Below the pieces are notes generated by a model. That model was not told the origin of the DNA and did not search any database. It worked only from the letters and a program-made list of their open reading frames with translations. From an uncultured Bacteroidia bacterium (GTDB taxonomy: Bacteria; Bacteroidota; Bacteroidia; Bacteroidales; F082): a stretch of DNA of 64,000 nt. The translations under genes and the position numbers were made by a program. The stretch is from NCBI GenBank assembly GCA_902801815.1, contig CADCJT010000005.1, positions 38,099-102,098 on the forward strand, in the 5' to 3' direction. Shown here piece by piece: positions 1 to 9,032 of the stretch (its first letter is position 1; each line of letters opens with the position of its first letter).

Positions 1-2
1 CA

Positions 3-518
3 GTGTTCCTGGCCTGCGCTATCATCGTGAAGGCCACCTCCAAAGGCCCGGTCTTCTATGCACAGGAACGTATTGGCAAAGGTGGCAAGCCTTTCAAGAT
101 GTCTAAGTTCCGCAGCATGAGGGTCGATGCCGAGTCGAGTGGCACGCCACAGCTGTCGAGCGACGACGACCCGCGCATTACCAAGTTCGGTAAGTTCATG
201 CGCAAGGTGCGCCTCGACGAGATTCCACAGTTCTGGACGGTGCTGAAAGGCGACATGTCGCTGGTGGGCTATCGCCCTGAACGTCAGTATTTCATCGACA
301 AGATCATGGAGAAGGCACCTTATTACCGCCTGCTGCTGAAGGTGAAGCCTGGCATCACCAGCTGGGGCGAGGTGAAATATGGCTATGCCGAGAATGTCGA
401 TGAGATGGTCGAGCGCCTGAAATACGATGTGCTTTATATCGAGAACGTGAGCCTTGCTCTCGATATAAAAATCTTGATTTACACGGTTCTGATTGTTATC
501 CAGGGGCGCGGGAAGTAG
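3..518 (+). CDS. Bacterial sugar transferase (polyprenyl-phosphate glycosyl-1-phosphate transferase family), C-terminal part; 5' end lies outside the window
   Basis: ORF is open to the window edge. Motifs GPVFYAQERIGKGGKPFKMSKFRSM, DPRITKFGKFMRKVRLDEIPQ and LKGDMSLVGYRPE are typical of WbaP/WcaJ-type sugar transferases. Confidence 0.85.
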   Translation: MFLACAIIVKATSKGPVFYAQERIGKGGKPFKMSKFRSMRVDAESSGTPQLSSDDDPRITKFGKFMRKVRLDEIPQFWTVLKGDMSLVGYRPERQYFIDKIMEKAPYYRLLLKVKPGITSWGEVKYGYAENVDEMVERLKYDVLYIENVSLALDIKILIYTVLIVIQGRGK

Positions 519-538
519 AAACGCAAGGCCTTTCGTCT

Positions 539-1135
539 CTATGAAGACAGCCCATTATCCCTTTCCTGTCTTGCCTTCAAATAACACGAGCGGCACAGCG
601 GTTCGTAGCTCTCTGTCTCTCCCAACACCACCAATTTGTCGCCGGCGATGGTACGGTGTGAGAACTGCGCAGGACTGCCGCAACGCACGCAAATGGCGTG
701 TACCTTGGTGACGTCTTCAGCGATGGCCATGAGCTTGGGCATGGGACCGAATGGATTGCCCATGAAGTCCATGTCCAAGCCTGCAATGATGACGCGCACG
801 CCTTGGTTGGCCAACTGTTCGCACACGTTAGGCAGCTCATCGTCAAGGAATTGGGCTTCGTCGATGCCGATGACATCCACGTCGTTGGCATAGAAAAGGA
901 TCTCACTGGCACTCTCCACAGGAATGGAGTGCAAGGCCGTGGCATTGTGCGACACCACGTCCTCCTCGCTATAGCGCGTGTCGACACCCGGCTTGAAGAT
1001 CTCCACCTTCAGCTTGGCGATTTTGGCGCGTTTCAAACGTCGGATCAACTCTTCCGTTTTGCCTGAGAACATGGAGCCGCAAATCACTTCAATCCAGCCC
1101 TGCGACCTGTTGTGAGAATCTTTTTCCAGAAACAT
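539..1135 (-). CDS. tdk: Thymidine kinase
   Basis: 198 aa. P-loop [26 protein letters not shown], and a C-terminal Zn-ribbon (CVRCG...CRSC). Confidence 0.9.
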   Translation of the reverse strand: MFLEKDSHNRSQGWIEVICGSMFSGKTEELIRRLKRAKIAKLKVEIFKPGVDTRYSEEDVVSHNATALHSIPVESASEILFYANDVDVIGIDEAQFLDDELPNVCEQLANQGVRVIIAGLDMDFMGNPFGPMPKLMAIAEDVTKVHAICVRCGSPAQFSHRTIAGDKLVVLGETESYEPLCRSCYLKARQERDNGLSS

Positions 1136-1192
1136 AGCGATGGTAGTTAGAATATTTGTAATTTAGCACCCAAAATTAGAGATTAATCTTAT

Positions 1193-2281
1193 ATGAACGA
1201 CAAATTTGAGAGCCAAAAAGAACGGCTGGTTTCTATTAAGCAGGAAATCAGTTTGTTATACCAACAAGTCAACTACCTTTTAAGAAACGAGAAACCCCTC
1301 GAACTCCTCGACTTGGACGTGCTGATGAACCGCACGCACACCCTTTACGACCAGCTCTGCGCCATCAATGTGGGCGAAGAGGTTGATGACGAGGATCTTC
1401 CTTTCGACGCCGATGACCTTGTCGGGCTGTTTGGCGGCATGACGCAGGAAGAACCTGCCCAACCTACTGAAGAAGAAAGCGCCGTCGTTGAGGAACAAGC
1501 TGTCGTTGAAGAGCCTGTCGCGGAAGCGCTCCAACCCGAGCCCGAACCCGTGGTGGAAGCCCCAACCATGGTTGAGTTCCAACCCGAGCCGGTCAAGGTG
1601 GAGGAACCTGAACCCGAGCCGGTGCCTGTGGTAGAAGAGGTGCAACCTCAGCCAGTGCCTGAACCCGAACCAGAGAGCAAGCCGCTGGGCGATGAGTTTG
1701 GTTTCTTCTTCCGTTTCGAGGACATCCCCGAGAAGAAAGAGCCCGAGGTGGTGACGGAGCAGTCCGAAGGTAGAGTCGTTCATGTGATGGAGGCCATCCC
1801 CGAGGAGGAAATCCCCGAGCGCGACCGTGTGCATGGCGACGACCTGGTGATGGATAACCCACTGGTGATGCCGCGACTGGATGAAGAGAGAAAGGCCGAG
1901 AAGGCTGAAATCGAGCAGCAGTCGTCGGAAGGCATGCCCAATTTCTTCGAGCAGGACGACGCCGGTTTCGAACTGTCGACAGGCGAGACCTTGGGCGAGA
2001 AGATGATGGGCGAGGACAACTCCTTGGCCGCCAAGCTGCAACAAAACCCTGTTCGTGACCTGAAATCAGTGATTGGCATCAACGACAAGTTTTTGTTTGT
2101 CAACGAGTTGTTTGGCGGCAGCATGGAGAAGTACAACAAGTCCATCGAGAACCTCAACGACTTGAAGACCTTGAATGGCGCCATGATCTATCTCAACGAG
2201 CTGAAGATCGAGCTGCAGTGGAACAGCAGCAACGAGGCCTACTTGAAGCTCAAGGAATTGATTTCCCGTAAGTTTGAATAA
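1193..2281 (+). CDS. Hypothetical protein with a long acidic Pro/Glu/Val-rich low-complexity centre
   Basis: 362-aa ORF with PEPEPV-type repeats in the middle and a non-repetitive C-terminal ~90 aa. Opposite-strand ORFs look like shadows. Confidence 0.55.
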   Translation: MNDKFESQKERLVSIKQEISLLYQQVNYLLRNEKPLELLDLDVLMNRTHTLYDQLCAINVGEEVDDEDLPFDADDLVGLFGGMTQEEPAQPTEEESAVVEEQAVVEEPVAEALQPEPEPVVEAPTMVEFQPEPVKVEEPEPEPVPVVEEVQPQPVPEPEPESKPLGDEFGFFFRFEDIPEKKEPEVVTEQSEGRVVHVMEAIPEEEIPERDRVHGDDLVMDNPLVMPRLDEERKAEKAEIEQQSSEGMPNFFEQDDAGFELSTGETLGEKMMGEDNSLAAKLQQNPVRDLKSVIGINDKFLFVNELFGGSMEKYNKSIENLNDLKTLNGAMIYLNELKIELQWNSSNEAYLKLKELISRKFE

Positions 2282-2289
2282 CTATAGCC

Positions 2290-3000
2290 ATGCCGAAACT
2301 CTATCTTGTGCCCACGCCCATCGGCAACCTTGAGGACATCACCTTGCGTGCCATCCGCATCTTGAAGGAGGTGGACGGCATCCTTGCCGAGGACACGCGC
2401 ACGTCGGGCAACCTGTTGCGCCATCTCGACATCAGCAAGCCGATGACGGCCTTCCATATCCGCAACGAGCATCAGGTGGTGGAACGCATCGCCGAACGCA
2501 TCGAGGCAGGGGAGACCTTGGCTTTGGTGACCGATGCAGGCACGCCTGCCATTTCCGACCCAGGCTTCCTGTTGGTGCGCGAGTGCGTCAAGCGCGGCAT
2601 CGAAGTGGAGTGCCTGCCTGGCCCTACGGCTTTTGTACCCGCCTTGGTCAATTCGGGACTGCCGGCCGAGAAGTTCATCTTCGAGGGCTTCTTGCCGCAC
2701 AAGAAAGGCCGTCAGACCAAACTGCAGGCCGTGGCGGAATATCCTTATACGACTATCCTTTATGAATCGCCTTTCCGCCTGCTGAAGACCTTGCAGCAGC
2801 TGGCGGAGGTCTGCGGCCCCGAAAGGAAGGTCTGCGTCTCACGCGAGCTGACCAAGATCCACGAGGAAAACGCGCGCGGCACCTTAGCCGAGGTGATCGA
2901 GCATTTCTCCAAAAAGGAAATCAAAGGCGAAATCGTTATCGTTTTGGAAGGTAGAGACGTTGCGTGCAACGTCTCCTTAGACGACGATTCCGACGAATAA
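2290..3000 (+). CDS. rsmI: 16S rRNA (cytidine1402-2'-O)-methyltransferase
   Basis: 236 aa. N-terminus LYLVPTPIGNLEDITLRAIRILKEVDGILAEDTR and later DAGTPAISDPG are characteristic of RsmI/tetrapyrrole-methylase-fold enzymes. Confidence 0.88.
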   Translation: MPKLYLVPTPIGNLEDITLRAIRILKEVDGILAEDTRTSGNLLRHLDISKPMTAFHIRNEHQVVERIAERIEAGETLALVTDAGTPAISDPGFLLVRECVKRGIEVECLPGPTAFVPALVNSGLPAEKFIFEGFLPHKKGRQTKLQAVAEYPYTTILYESPFRLLKTLQQLAEVCGPERKVCVSRELTKIHEENARGTLAEVIEHFSKKEIKGEIVIVLEGRDVACNVSLDDDSDE

Positions 3001-3005
3001 AAACA

Positions 3006-3033
3006 GTAGAGACGGTGTGCACACCGTCTCTAC
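3006..3033. repeat. 28-bp perfect palindrome GTAGAGACGGTGTGCACACCGTCTCTAC, copy 1; probable bidirectional terminator hairpin
   Basis: Read directly. It lies between the convergent rsmI stop (3000) and the stop of the 3063-3743 gene. Confidence 0.8.
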
Positions 3034-3062
3034 CCATTTATATCCCATATTGTTTTTTCAGG

Positions 3063-3743
3063 TCAAAATGCGACCGACAGCCGCACGTAGTAGTCGGTGA
3101 TGACGTCCATCCTCGGACTGTTGATACCGAGGTCGGCATCCACTACGTCGATGGTCGACATGCCGAAGCTGAGGTAGGTGCGGTAGATCTTGAGACCGAT
3201 GGCACCACCTGTGTACAATCCCATGGATTGGTAGTGATAAACGCCTTCAGGGTCGTTGCAGGTCACCCTGCCCAAAGGCAACGAATAGCCGATACGTCCT
3301 TCGATGAAGGGGCTGATGGGCGAGTTGGGCAATTGGAGTTTCAGGTTGGCATAGATGGGCAGCGTTTGGAGGTAGGTCTCCTGCATGTTGTAGAACAGGT
3401 CGCAGTGCTCGCCGTAGGTGGCATAGTATTCTGCGCCTACACCGATGTTGGTGAGGTAGCCTAATTGGTACTCGGCCATGCCGCCTACGCTGAAGTGGTA
3501 GGGGATTTCGTGCATGATGATGGCACCTAAGTCGTCGTCGCCCAATTCGCCATACACATGGAAACGGAACTCTCCGACGGGATTATAGAGGCGAGGCGCA
3601 CGAGTTTCACGAGGTTCCACCACCGTTCTTCTGGGGTGGTGGCGATAGCGGTGATGAGGTGGGCGGATTTGTGCCTCGGCCGTCATCGACAGCACGAAGA
3701 GGAGGCACAGCGCTAACATGGTCTTTTTCATAGTCAATATCAT
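3063..3743 (-). CDS. Hypothetical secreted/outer-membrane beta-barrel-like protein
   Basis: 226 aa. Signal peptide MKKTMLALCLLFVLSMTAEAQ, alternating hydrophobic/aromatic pattern, C-terminal ...YVRLSVAF. The start may be the internal MKK at 3731. Confidence 0.5.
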   Translation of the reverse strand: MILTMKKTMLALCLLFVLSMTAEAQIRPPHHRYRHHPRRTVVEPRETRAPRLYNPVGEFRFHVYGELGDDDLGAIIMHEIPYHFSVGGMAEYQLGYLTNIGVGAEYYATYGEHCDLFYNMQETYLQTLPIYANLKLQLPNSPISPFIEGRIGYSLPLGRVTCNDPEGVYHYQSMGLYTGGAIGLKIYRTYLSFGMSTIDVVDADLGINSPRMDVITDYYVRLSVAF

Positions 3744-3784
3744 TTTGATGTTGACCTATGAATTACAAATACCATACCAAAATC

Positions 3785-3812
3785 GTAGAGACGGTGTGCA
3801 CACCGTCTCTAC
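3785..3812. repeat. 28-bp perfect palindrome GTAGAGACGGTGTGCACACCGTCTCTAC, copy 2 (identical to 3006-3033)
   Basis: Read directly. It sits just downstream of the stop of the 3819-4310 (-) gene. Confidence 0.8.
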
Positions 3813-3818
3813 AATGTA

Positions 3819-4310
3819 TCATTTCACCTGTTTCTGGTATGCCTTCAGTCGCGCGACAAGGCTGTTTTTCACACCCTTGGAGGTGTAGGTGGCACCGCTG
3901 ACGGCATCCACTTCCTTGGCGAGGGCTTCGTCGACGGTGAGACCGTTCCAAGCTTCGTACAGGCCACCGTCAACGACGCGCTGCGCGAAGTTGGGCGTTT
4001 CCTGGTTGTCCAAGAGGACGACGTTCTTGATGCGCCCTTCGGCATCCAAGGCAATCAACAGAGGCGTGGGGCCGTTGAAGCCTTTCACGTTGTCGGAATA
4101 AGGCGAGGAATACAAGACCGTGCCCAGCTTGGCGCCCTTGGCGTTTTTGACTTCATAGAAAGCCGTGTCGATGGCCTTGGTCTTTGCAGCATCGGCGAAA
4201 TAAGGCTTGACATTTTCAACGGGAAGTTCAGGCAGTTTGGGACCGCAGTTACACAAGCCCAAAACGGCGGCAAGTAGGAATAAACCTGCGAATTTGTGCA
4301 TTGTTTTCAT
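3819..4310 (-). CDS. FMN-binding domain lipoprotein
   Basis: 163 aa. Signal/lipobox ...AVLGLCNC and C-terminal VDAVSGATYTSKGV (the SGAT(Y/F)(S/T) FMN-binding motif). Confidence 0.6.
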   Translation of the reverse strand: MKTMHKFAGLFLLAAVLGLCNCGPKLPELPVENVKPYFADAAKTKAIDTAFYEVKNAKGAKLGTVLYSSPYSDNVKGFNGPTPLLIALDAEGRIKNVVLLDNQETPNFAQRVVDGGLYEAWNGLTVDEALAKEVDAVSGATYTSKGVKNSLVARLKAYQKQVK

Positions 4311-4416
4311 TCTTTTGGCTTTGTAATTTTCGGCAAAACTACTGAAAAAACGAATGCAATAGGTTGTTTTTTTCCATTCCGCATTCTGTATTCCGCATTC
4401 TGAATTAAATTATTCC

Positions 4417-4424
4417 TATCTTTG
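4417..4424 (+). promoter_or_regulatory. Bacteroidota -7 box TATCTTTG upstream of udk, preceded by the 12-bp direct repeat TTCCGCATTCTG x2 (4377-4388, 4391-4402)
   Basis: Matches the TAnnTTTG consensus 23 nt before the udk ATG. The direct repeat was read directly. Confidence 0.45.
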
Positions 4425-4446
4425 TGCCATCTAAAACCATAAGATT

Positions 4447-5055
4447 ATGTTAGTCATTGGAATCGCAGGCGGCTCGGGCTCAGGGAAGACCACCGTCGTC
4501 AAGGAACTGGTTAGCCAGCTGCCAGAGAACTCAGTATCAGTCATTTCGCAGGATGCTTATTACTACGACAACGGCGACAAGACGCCCGAAGAGAAGAAGC
4601 AAATCAACTTCGACCACCCTGATGCCATCGAGTGGGACCTGCTCATCGACCATCTCGACCGCCTGAAAAAAGGCGAGGTCATCCCGATGCCTATCTATAC
4701 CTATGTCACCTGCGCCCGTTCGCAGGAGGTCATCTATGTGCATCCCACCGAGGTCATCATCGTGGAAGGCATCATGGTGCTGACGCAAGAGGAACTGCGC
4801 AATCGCATGGACATCAAGGTGTTTGTGGATACCGACAGCGACGAGCGCCTGATGCGCATCATCCGCCGCGACATCGCCGAGCGCGGCCGCACCTGGGAGG
4901 ACGTATTGCGCCACTACCAGACTTTCGTGAAACCCATGCACCAGCAGTTCATCGAGCCCACCAAGCGCACGGCCGACATCATCCTGCCCCGCGGCTCCAG
5001 CCCCGTGGTGGTCGACATCCTCGCTTCGAGAATCCGCATGCATTTGGGTAAGTGA
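4447..5055 (+). CDS. udk: Uridine kinase
   Basis: 202 aa. IGIAGGSGSGKTT P-loop, NFDHPDA, DTDSDERLMRIIRRD. Confidence 0.92.
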   Translation: MLVIGIAGGSGSGKTTVVKELVSQLPENSVSVISQDAYYYDNGDKTPEEKKQINFDHPDAIEWDLLIDHLDRLKKGEVIPMPIYTYVTCARSQEVIYVHPTEVIIVEGIMVLTQEELRNRMDIKVFVDTDSDERLMRIIRRDIAERGRTWEDVLRHYQTFVKPMHQQFIEPTKRTADIILPRGSSPVVVDILASRIRMHLGK

Positions 5056-5091
5056 TTTTTTTTCAATTAGAACACTAAAACTCAGACCATT

Positions 5092-6039
5092 ATGAAAAGA
5101 CAACTCTATTTTCTGCTAATGGCGTTGCTGATACCCTTTTTCGGCTGCGGCAATGCGACCTCGACCAGTGCTAGCAACAATTCAACGCAACCTGACGTGC
5201 AATATAATATGGCCATTATGGATAAAGGCCATGTGATCCTCTATGACCTGACCAACAGAATTGCAGCCCCAATCGAGGCAGAAACGGACTCTGTGTTTAA
5301 TATGGTTTTTGGATCAGATCGTGTCTATTATTCTGTGAAACAAGGTAATAAAACCTTCTTGAAATATGTGGTTCTTAACGATCCGGACCTCAAACCGCAG
5401 TTGGCTGCTGATTGGGAGGTACCCTACGATTGCTGTGTGGGCACGGCTTATTACTGTTTGGAAGCACCCGCGTTGCAGTATGTCCCGGAGCAAAACATCC
5501 TCGCCATGAACTATATGATGGAGCCCAACTACGGCTATTCCGAATACCGCATCTTTGACCCCGCCACCGGAAAGTCGGTCAATGCCATGGATTGGGAAGG
5601 AGACCTGACCTTCCTCAATTACGACATGTTCGATCCGTTTGAAGGCCAGTTTGCCTGTGCGGAGGACAACGGCGACTTGTACTATCGTCAAGGCGACGAC
5701 ATGATCTTCCTTAGCGACCGACTTGAATTTGAGGTTGACAGTGACACCCCGGACGAGCTTCCCTTTTTCGAGGTGCTCTCCATGGATCCGACTGGAAAAT
5801 ACGTTCTGTTCAAGGCAGCAACCACTTTTGGCGAGGATGATGATTATCATGGTCCACAATGTTATGCCTCGTTGGATGGCAAAGTGCAGAAAGTCTTGGG
5901 CACATACGATGAAAAGTATCCCGGCCAATGGTTGCCCGATGGTTCGCTCGTCTATGGCTCGGAAGGTATCCACCTGCTTGCCCCCAGTGGGAAAGACATA
6001 GTACTGTGTCCTGGCCGCTCCTTTGTGCTTCGCCCATAA
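5092..6039 (+). CDS. Lipoprotein, tandem paralogous family member 1 (single module)
   Basis: SPII lipobox LIPFFGC. Family motifs MAIMDKGHVILYD, EAETDSVFNMVF, YASLDGKVQKVLG, WLPDGSLVY. Confidence 0.7.
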   Translation: MKRQLYFLLMALLIPFFGCGNATSTSASNNSTQPDVQYNMAIMDKGHVILYDLTNRIAAPIEAETDSVFNMVFGSDRVYYSVKQGNKTFLKYVVLNDPDLKPQLAADWEVPYDCCVGTAYYCLEAPALQYVPEQNILAMNYMMEPNYGYSEYRIFDPATGKSVNAMDWEGDLTFLNYDMFDPFEGQFACAEDNGDLYYRQGDDMIFLSDRLEFEVDSDTPDELPFFEVLSMDPTGKYVLFKAATTFGEDDDYHGPQCYASLDGKVQKVLGTYDEKYPGQWLPDGSLVYGSEGIHLLAPSGKDIVLCPGRSFVLRP

Positions 6040-6075
6040 AGGCATTGTTTTTAATGGAACATAATAAATCACAAT

Positions 6076-7863
6076 ATGAAAAGACTTTATTGCATTCTCA
6101 TCACCATAATGGCAGTAGGGATCATGGGTTGTGACCACAACCCCAAGCCTGCCACAAACGTCAACTCCAAGGTCGATATGGTCATCATCCAACATGGGCA
6201 ACTGCAGTTCTACAACCTTGCGACCCAGAAGCTGGCGCCCTACGAAGCCGAAAAAGACAGCGTGGTCAACATGGCGTTCGACCGCAACAACCATCTGTAT
6301 TATACGGCTGCCCATGAACAAGACTTGGCACTGAAATGCATCGATCTTTCGGAAGCCAATCCCCAGCCCAAATTGTGCGCCAACTGGCAGCTGAAACTGA
6401 ACCAGATCACAGACTTTATGTTTGGCACCGGTGCCTCTGGCCTTGTCATGGATGCAAAAGAGGAAAACCTCTATTTGAATAGCTATGATTTCGTAGACGA
6501 GAATCATATTGATGCGGAAAGCTTCAACATGGTATCTGGGCAGACAAATGAAATGACGAATATAGAGTATAACGATGCCGTTTATGGGAAATATGTGCCG
6601 CTGAAAGGATTTTATTACGAACAGCCTAAGTTCTATTATGTGACGCCGGAAGGCAAATTCTGTCTCAACGACAAAATCGACTTTGCCACAATCTTCGATG
6701 AAAATGATTTGGAAGACATGTTTTTCTCTCCAGATTTTATCAGCTCTGACGGTAAGCAGATCATTTATGAAGCAAACGTTGAGATTGGCGAAGGCTGGGG
6801 TAATTATTGCCTTGCCTCGAGCGACGGACAGCATCAAAGCGTATTGAAGGATTCCGATACCTGGACTTTGAGCCCACAGTGGCTTGAAGACGGCACGCTG
6901 GTCTATGTGGGTCTGGAACCTAGACCGGAGGATGACCCAACATTTAATGAGGAATGGAACAACACCCGTCGTTGTATCAAGATCATAACTCCCCAAGGTG
7001 AGACTTCTGTTTTATGCTCCGATGCAGAAGAGTTTGCCCTCAATCCCATCGATAAGCCATTGGATCCGGTCAAGGAGAAACAAGCCCTTTTGGGTGGGTG
7101 CGACATGGCCATTTTTGATGAAGGAAAAGTGACTTTCTACAATTCATCCACCAATACCATCATTCCTTTCGTGGCCGAAGACGATTACGTGATTACTGGA
7201 GTCTTTGTTGATAATTCCTTTTATTACACCGTCGCTATCGGTGACGAATTGTATCTGAAACGGATCTATGCTGCAGACTATCTGAACTATCCCGAATTGC
7301 TCACCGATTGGGATCTGAAGCTGAGTGATTGTGTCAACGATGAATGTGAGAAGGTCGCTTCGATGGTGGGTTATCCAGGTTTCCAGGAGATAGGAATACT
7401 CCATGGGGTGGATCCCGAATATTGTAATTTCAAGGATTACAGATTTTATGACATTTATGCCCAAACCCAATGGGATGGTTGGGGCGATGACGGCATGTTG
7501 GGAAAGCATCTCGAAAATGAGGACTTGTTTAACGAGATTGCCCTGGGTTTGGAAGAGAAGGGAATCTCTGCAGTATTGTTAGAGATGAATCCATCCCATC
7601 AATATATTGCTTTCGGTGATATTAAAGACTGGATGGATCAAGACATAGTCAATATCCCAGGCCATGGCCCGCTTTGCTTCTCTAGTCTTGATGGCAAGAT
7701 GCAGGTGGCTTTGGAAGAAATCGACGTTGCCAATATGTACAACTGGGGCTGGCTGACCGATGACACGTTTGTCTTTTCCGATCGTGAAGGCATCAAGACG
7801 GTGTCTCTTGACGGCACCATAAAGGAGCTTTCGCCAGGCCGTTGGTTCGTGACGGGCTATTGA
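6076..7863 (+). CDS. Lipoprotein, family member 2 (two modules fused)
   Basis: Lipobox GIMGC. Module 1 runs QHGQLQFYN...WLEDGTLVYVG...CIKIITPQG. Module 2 starts at GGCDMAIFDEGKVTFYNSS and ends PLCFSSLDGKMQ...EGIKTVSLDGTIKEL. Confidence 0.75.
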   Translation: MKRLYCILITIMAVGIMGCDHNPKPATNVNSKVDMVIIQHGQLQFYNLATQKLAPYEAEKDSVVNMAFDRNNHLYYTAAHEQDLALKCIDLSEANPQPKLCANWQLKLNQITDFMFGTGASGLVMDAKEENLYLNSYDFVDENHIDAESFNMVSGQTNEMTNIEYNDAVYGKYVPLKGFYYEQPKFYYVTPEGKFCLNDKIDFATIFDENDLEDMFFSPDFISSDGKQIIYEANVEIGEGWGNYCLASSDGQHQSVLKDSDTWTLSPQWLEDGTLVYVGLEPRPEDDPTFNEEWNNTRRCIKIITPQGETSVLCSDAEEFALNPIDKPLDPVKEKQALLGGCDMAIFDEGKVTFYNSSTNTIIPFVAEDDYVITGVFVDNSFYYTVAIGDELYLKRIYAADYLNYPELLTDWDLKLSDCVNDECEKVASMVGYPGFQEIGILHGVDPEYCNFKDYRFYDIYAQTQWDGWGDDGMLGKHLENEDLFNEIALGLEEKGISAVLLEMNPSHQYIAFGDIKDWMDQDIVNIPGHGPLCFSSLDGKMQVALEEIDVANMYNWGWLTDDTFVFSDREGIKTVSLDGTIKELSPGRWFVTGY

Positions 7864-7890
7864 AAATAATAACAACAAATACCTACTACT

Positions 7891-9021
7891 ATGAAAAGAC
7901 ACATTTATTCTCTCCTAATGCTGCTGACGATGGGTTTGGCCAGTTGCAACATTACCATCAAACCCGACCCGAACAGTGTTACGACGAATGTCGATAGTGT
8001 GGAAGTTACCGTCAATATGAAAGTGTATGGAGATTCTATTGTCTCCCAACCTGTCGACCTCACGCAATGCGACATGGCGATGCTCGACATGGGCAGACTC
8101 TTCTTCTACAATACGACTACAGCGGTCATGACGCCTTTTGAGGCCGAAAAGGACAGCGTGGTGAACTGCGTCTTCACCGGCGACAACAAAGTGTATTATT
8201 GCGTGGCCACCGGGCCGAAGATCCTGCTGCGTTGCGTCGACCTGGAACAAGCCGACCCACAGCCGCAGGAGCTCGCCGACTGGGGCGTTCCCTACGAAAA
8301 ATGCGTGACCGAGACCTATGGTACGGTATCACCATTGGAGTATTACCGTGGAAAAAACACCTTGGGCCTGAATCACAACTTTAGTTGGGATGGCTATTGG
8401 TTCACCGACAAAAAGCTCTATAACATTGAAACGGGCGAAATCACAGATTGGACCTGGAAATGGGAAGAAGAATACCAGCGTATGCAAAACAGGGATGACG
8501 AAGAACAGACCGAGGAGAACTACCATTATATCAGCACGGCTAACGAGCTACAAGAGTATCTTACTCGGAGTGAAGGCCAGTATTATTTGACAGACGGCAA
8601 TGGCGACGACATTGCGTGCCTTACCGACCAGATTGACTTCAGCAAATATGTTAGTGATCCCGAATATGCCAGCGACGTGGACTTCGAATATGTCTCTTCG
8701 TCACCCGACAACTTGAAGGTGCTCTATATGGCTATCTTGGAATGGGGCGATTTCGCTCATGGCATCCTGGCTGTCTCCAGCACCGACGGCAAGCTTCAGA
8801 TACCGCTCGAAGACACCGACTGCACAGGCTTCACCGCTGAATGGCTCGACGACGGATCGCTGGTCTATGTCGGCGAGGAACCGCTCTCACCCGATGATCC
8901 CGATTACGATGCCAACTGGCATTATCGCGCCCATTGCATCAAGCGCGTCTATCCTGACGGACACATTGACATTATCGCCCATTGCGGCGAATTTGTGAAA
9001 AAACAATCCTTGCTTCATTAA
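7891..9021 (+). CDS. Lipoprotein, family member 3 (single module)
   Basis: Lipobox GLASC. Motifs CDMAMLDMGRLFFYN, EAEKDSVVNCVF, WLDDGSLVYVGEEP, CIKRVYPDG. Confidence 0.72.
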   Translation: MKRHIYSLLMLLTMGLASCNITIKPDPNSVTTNVDSVEVTVNMKVYGDSIVSQPVDLTQCDMAMLDMGRLFFYNTTTAVMTPFEAEKDSVVNCVFTGDNKVYYCVATGPKILLRCVDLEQADPQPQELADWGVPYEKCVTETYGTVSPLEYYRGKNTLGLNHNFSWDGYWFTDKKLYNIETGEITDWTWKWEEEYQRMQNRDDEEQTEENYHYISTANELQEYLTRSEGQYYLTDGNGDDIACLTDQIDFSKYVSDPEYASDVDFEYVSSSPDNLKVLYMAILEWGDFAHGILAVSSTDGKLQIPLEDTDCTGFTAEWLDDGSLVYVGEEPLSPDDPDYDANWHYRAHCIKRVYPDGHIDIIAHCGEFVKKQSLLH

Positions 9022-9032
9022 AAACTTACCAC

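Noticed and set aside
5314-6996. 560-aa minus-strand ORF across the lipoprotein array
   Set aside because: Antisense to two plus-strand genes that have lipoboxes and mutually conserved motifs. The ORF spans an intergenic gap and has no signal or motif of its own.
8982-9032. N-terminal extensions offered by the ORF track (8982, 11854, 14125, 14971, 16369, 18210, 32700, 55943, 57572)
   Set aside because: In each case an internal ATG gives a proper signal peptide, lipobox or canonical enzyme N-terminus and sits downstream of a TAnnTTTG box. The extensions overlap neighbouring genes or promoters.
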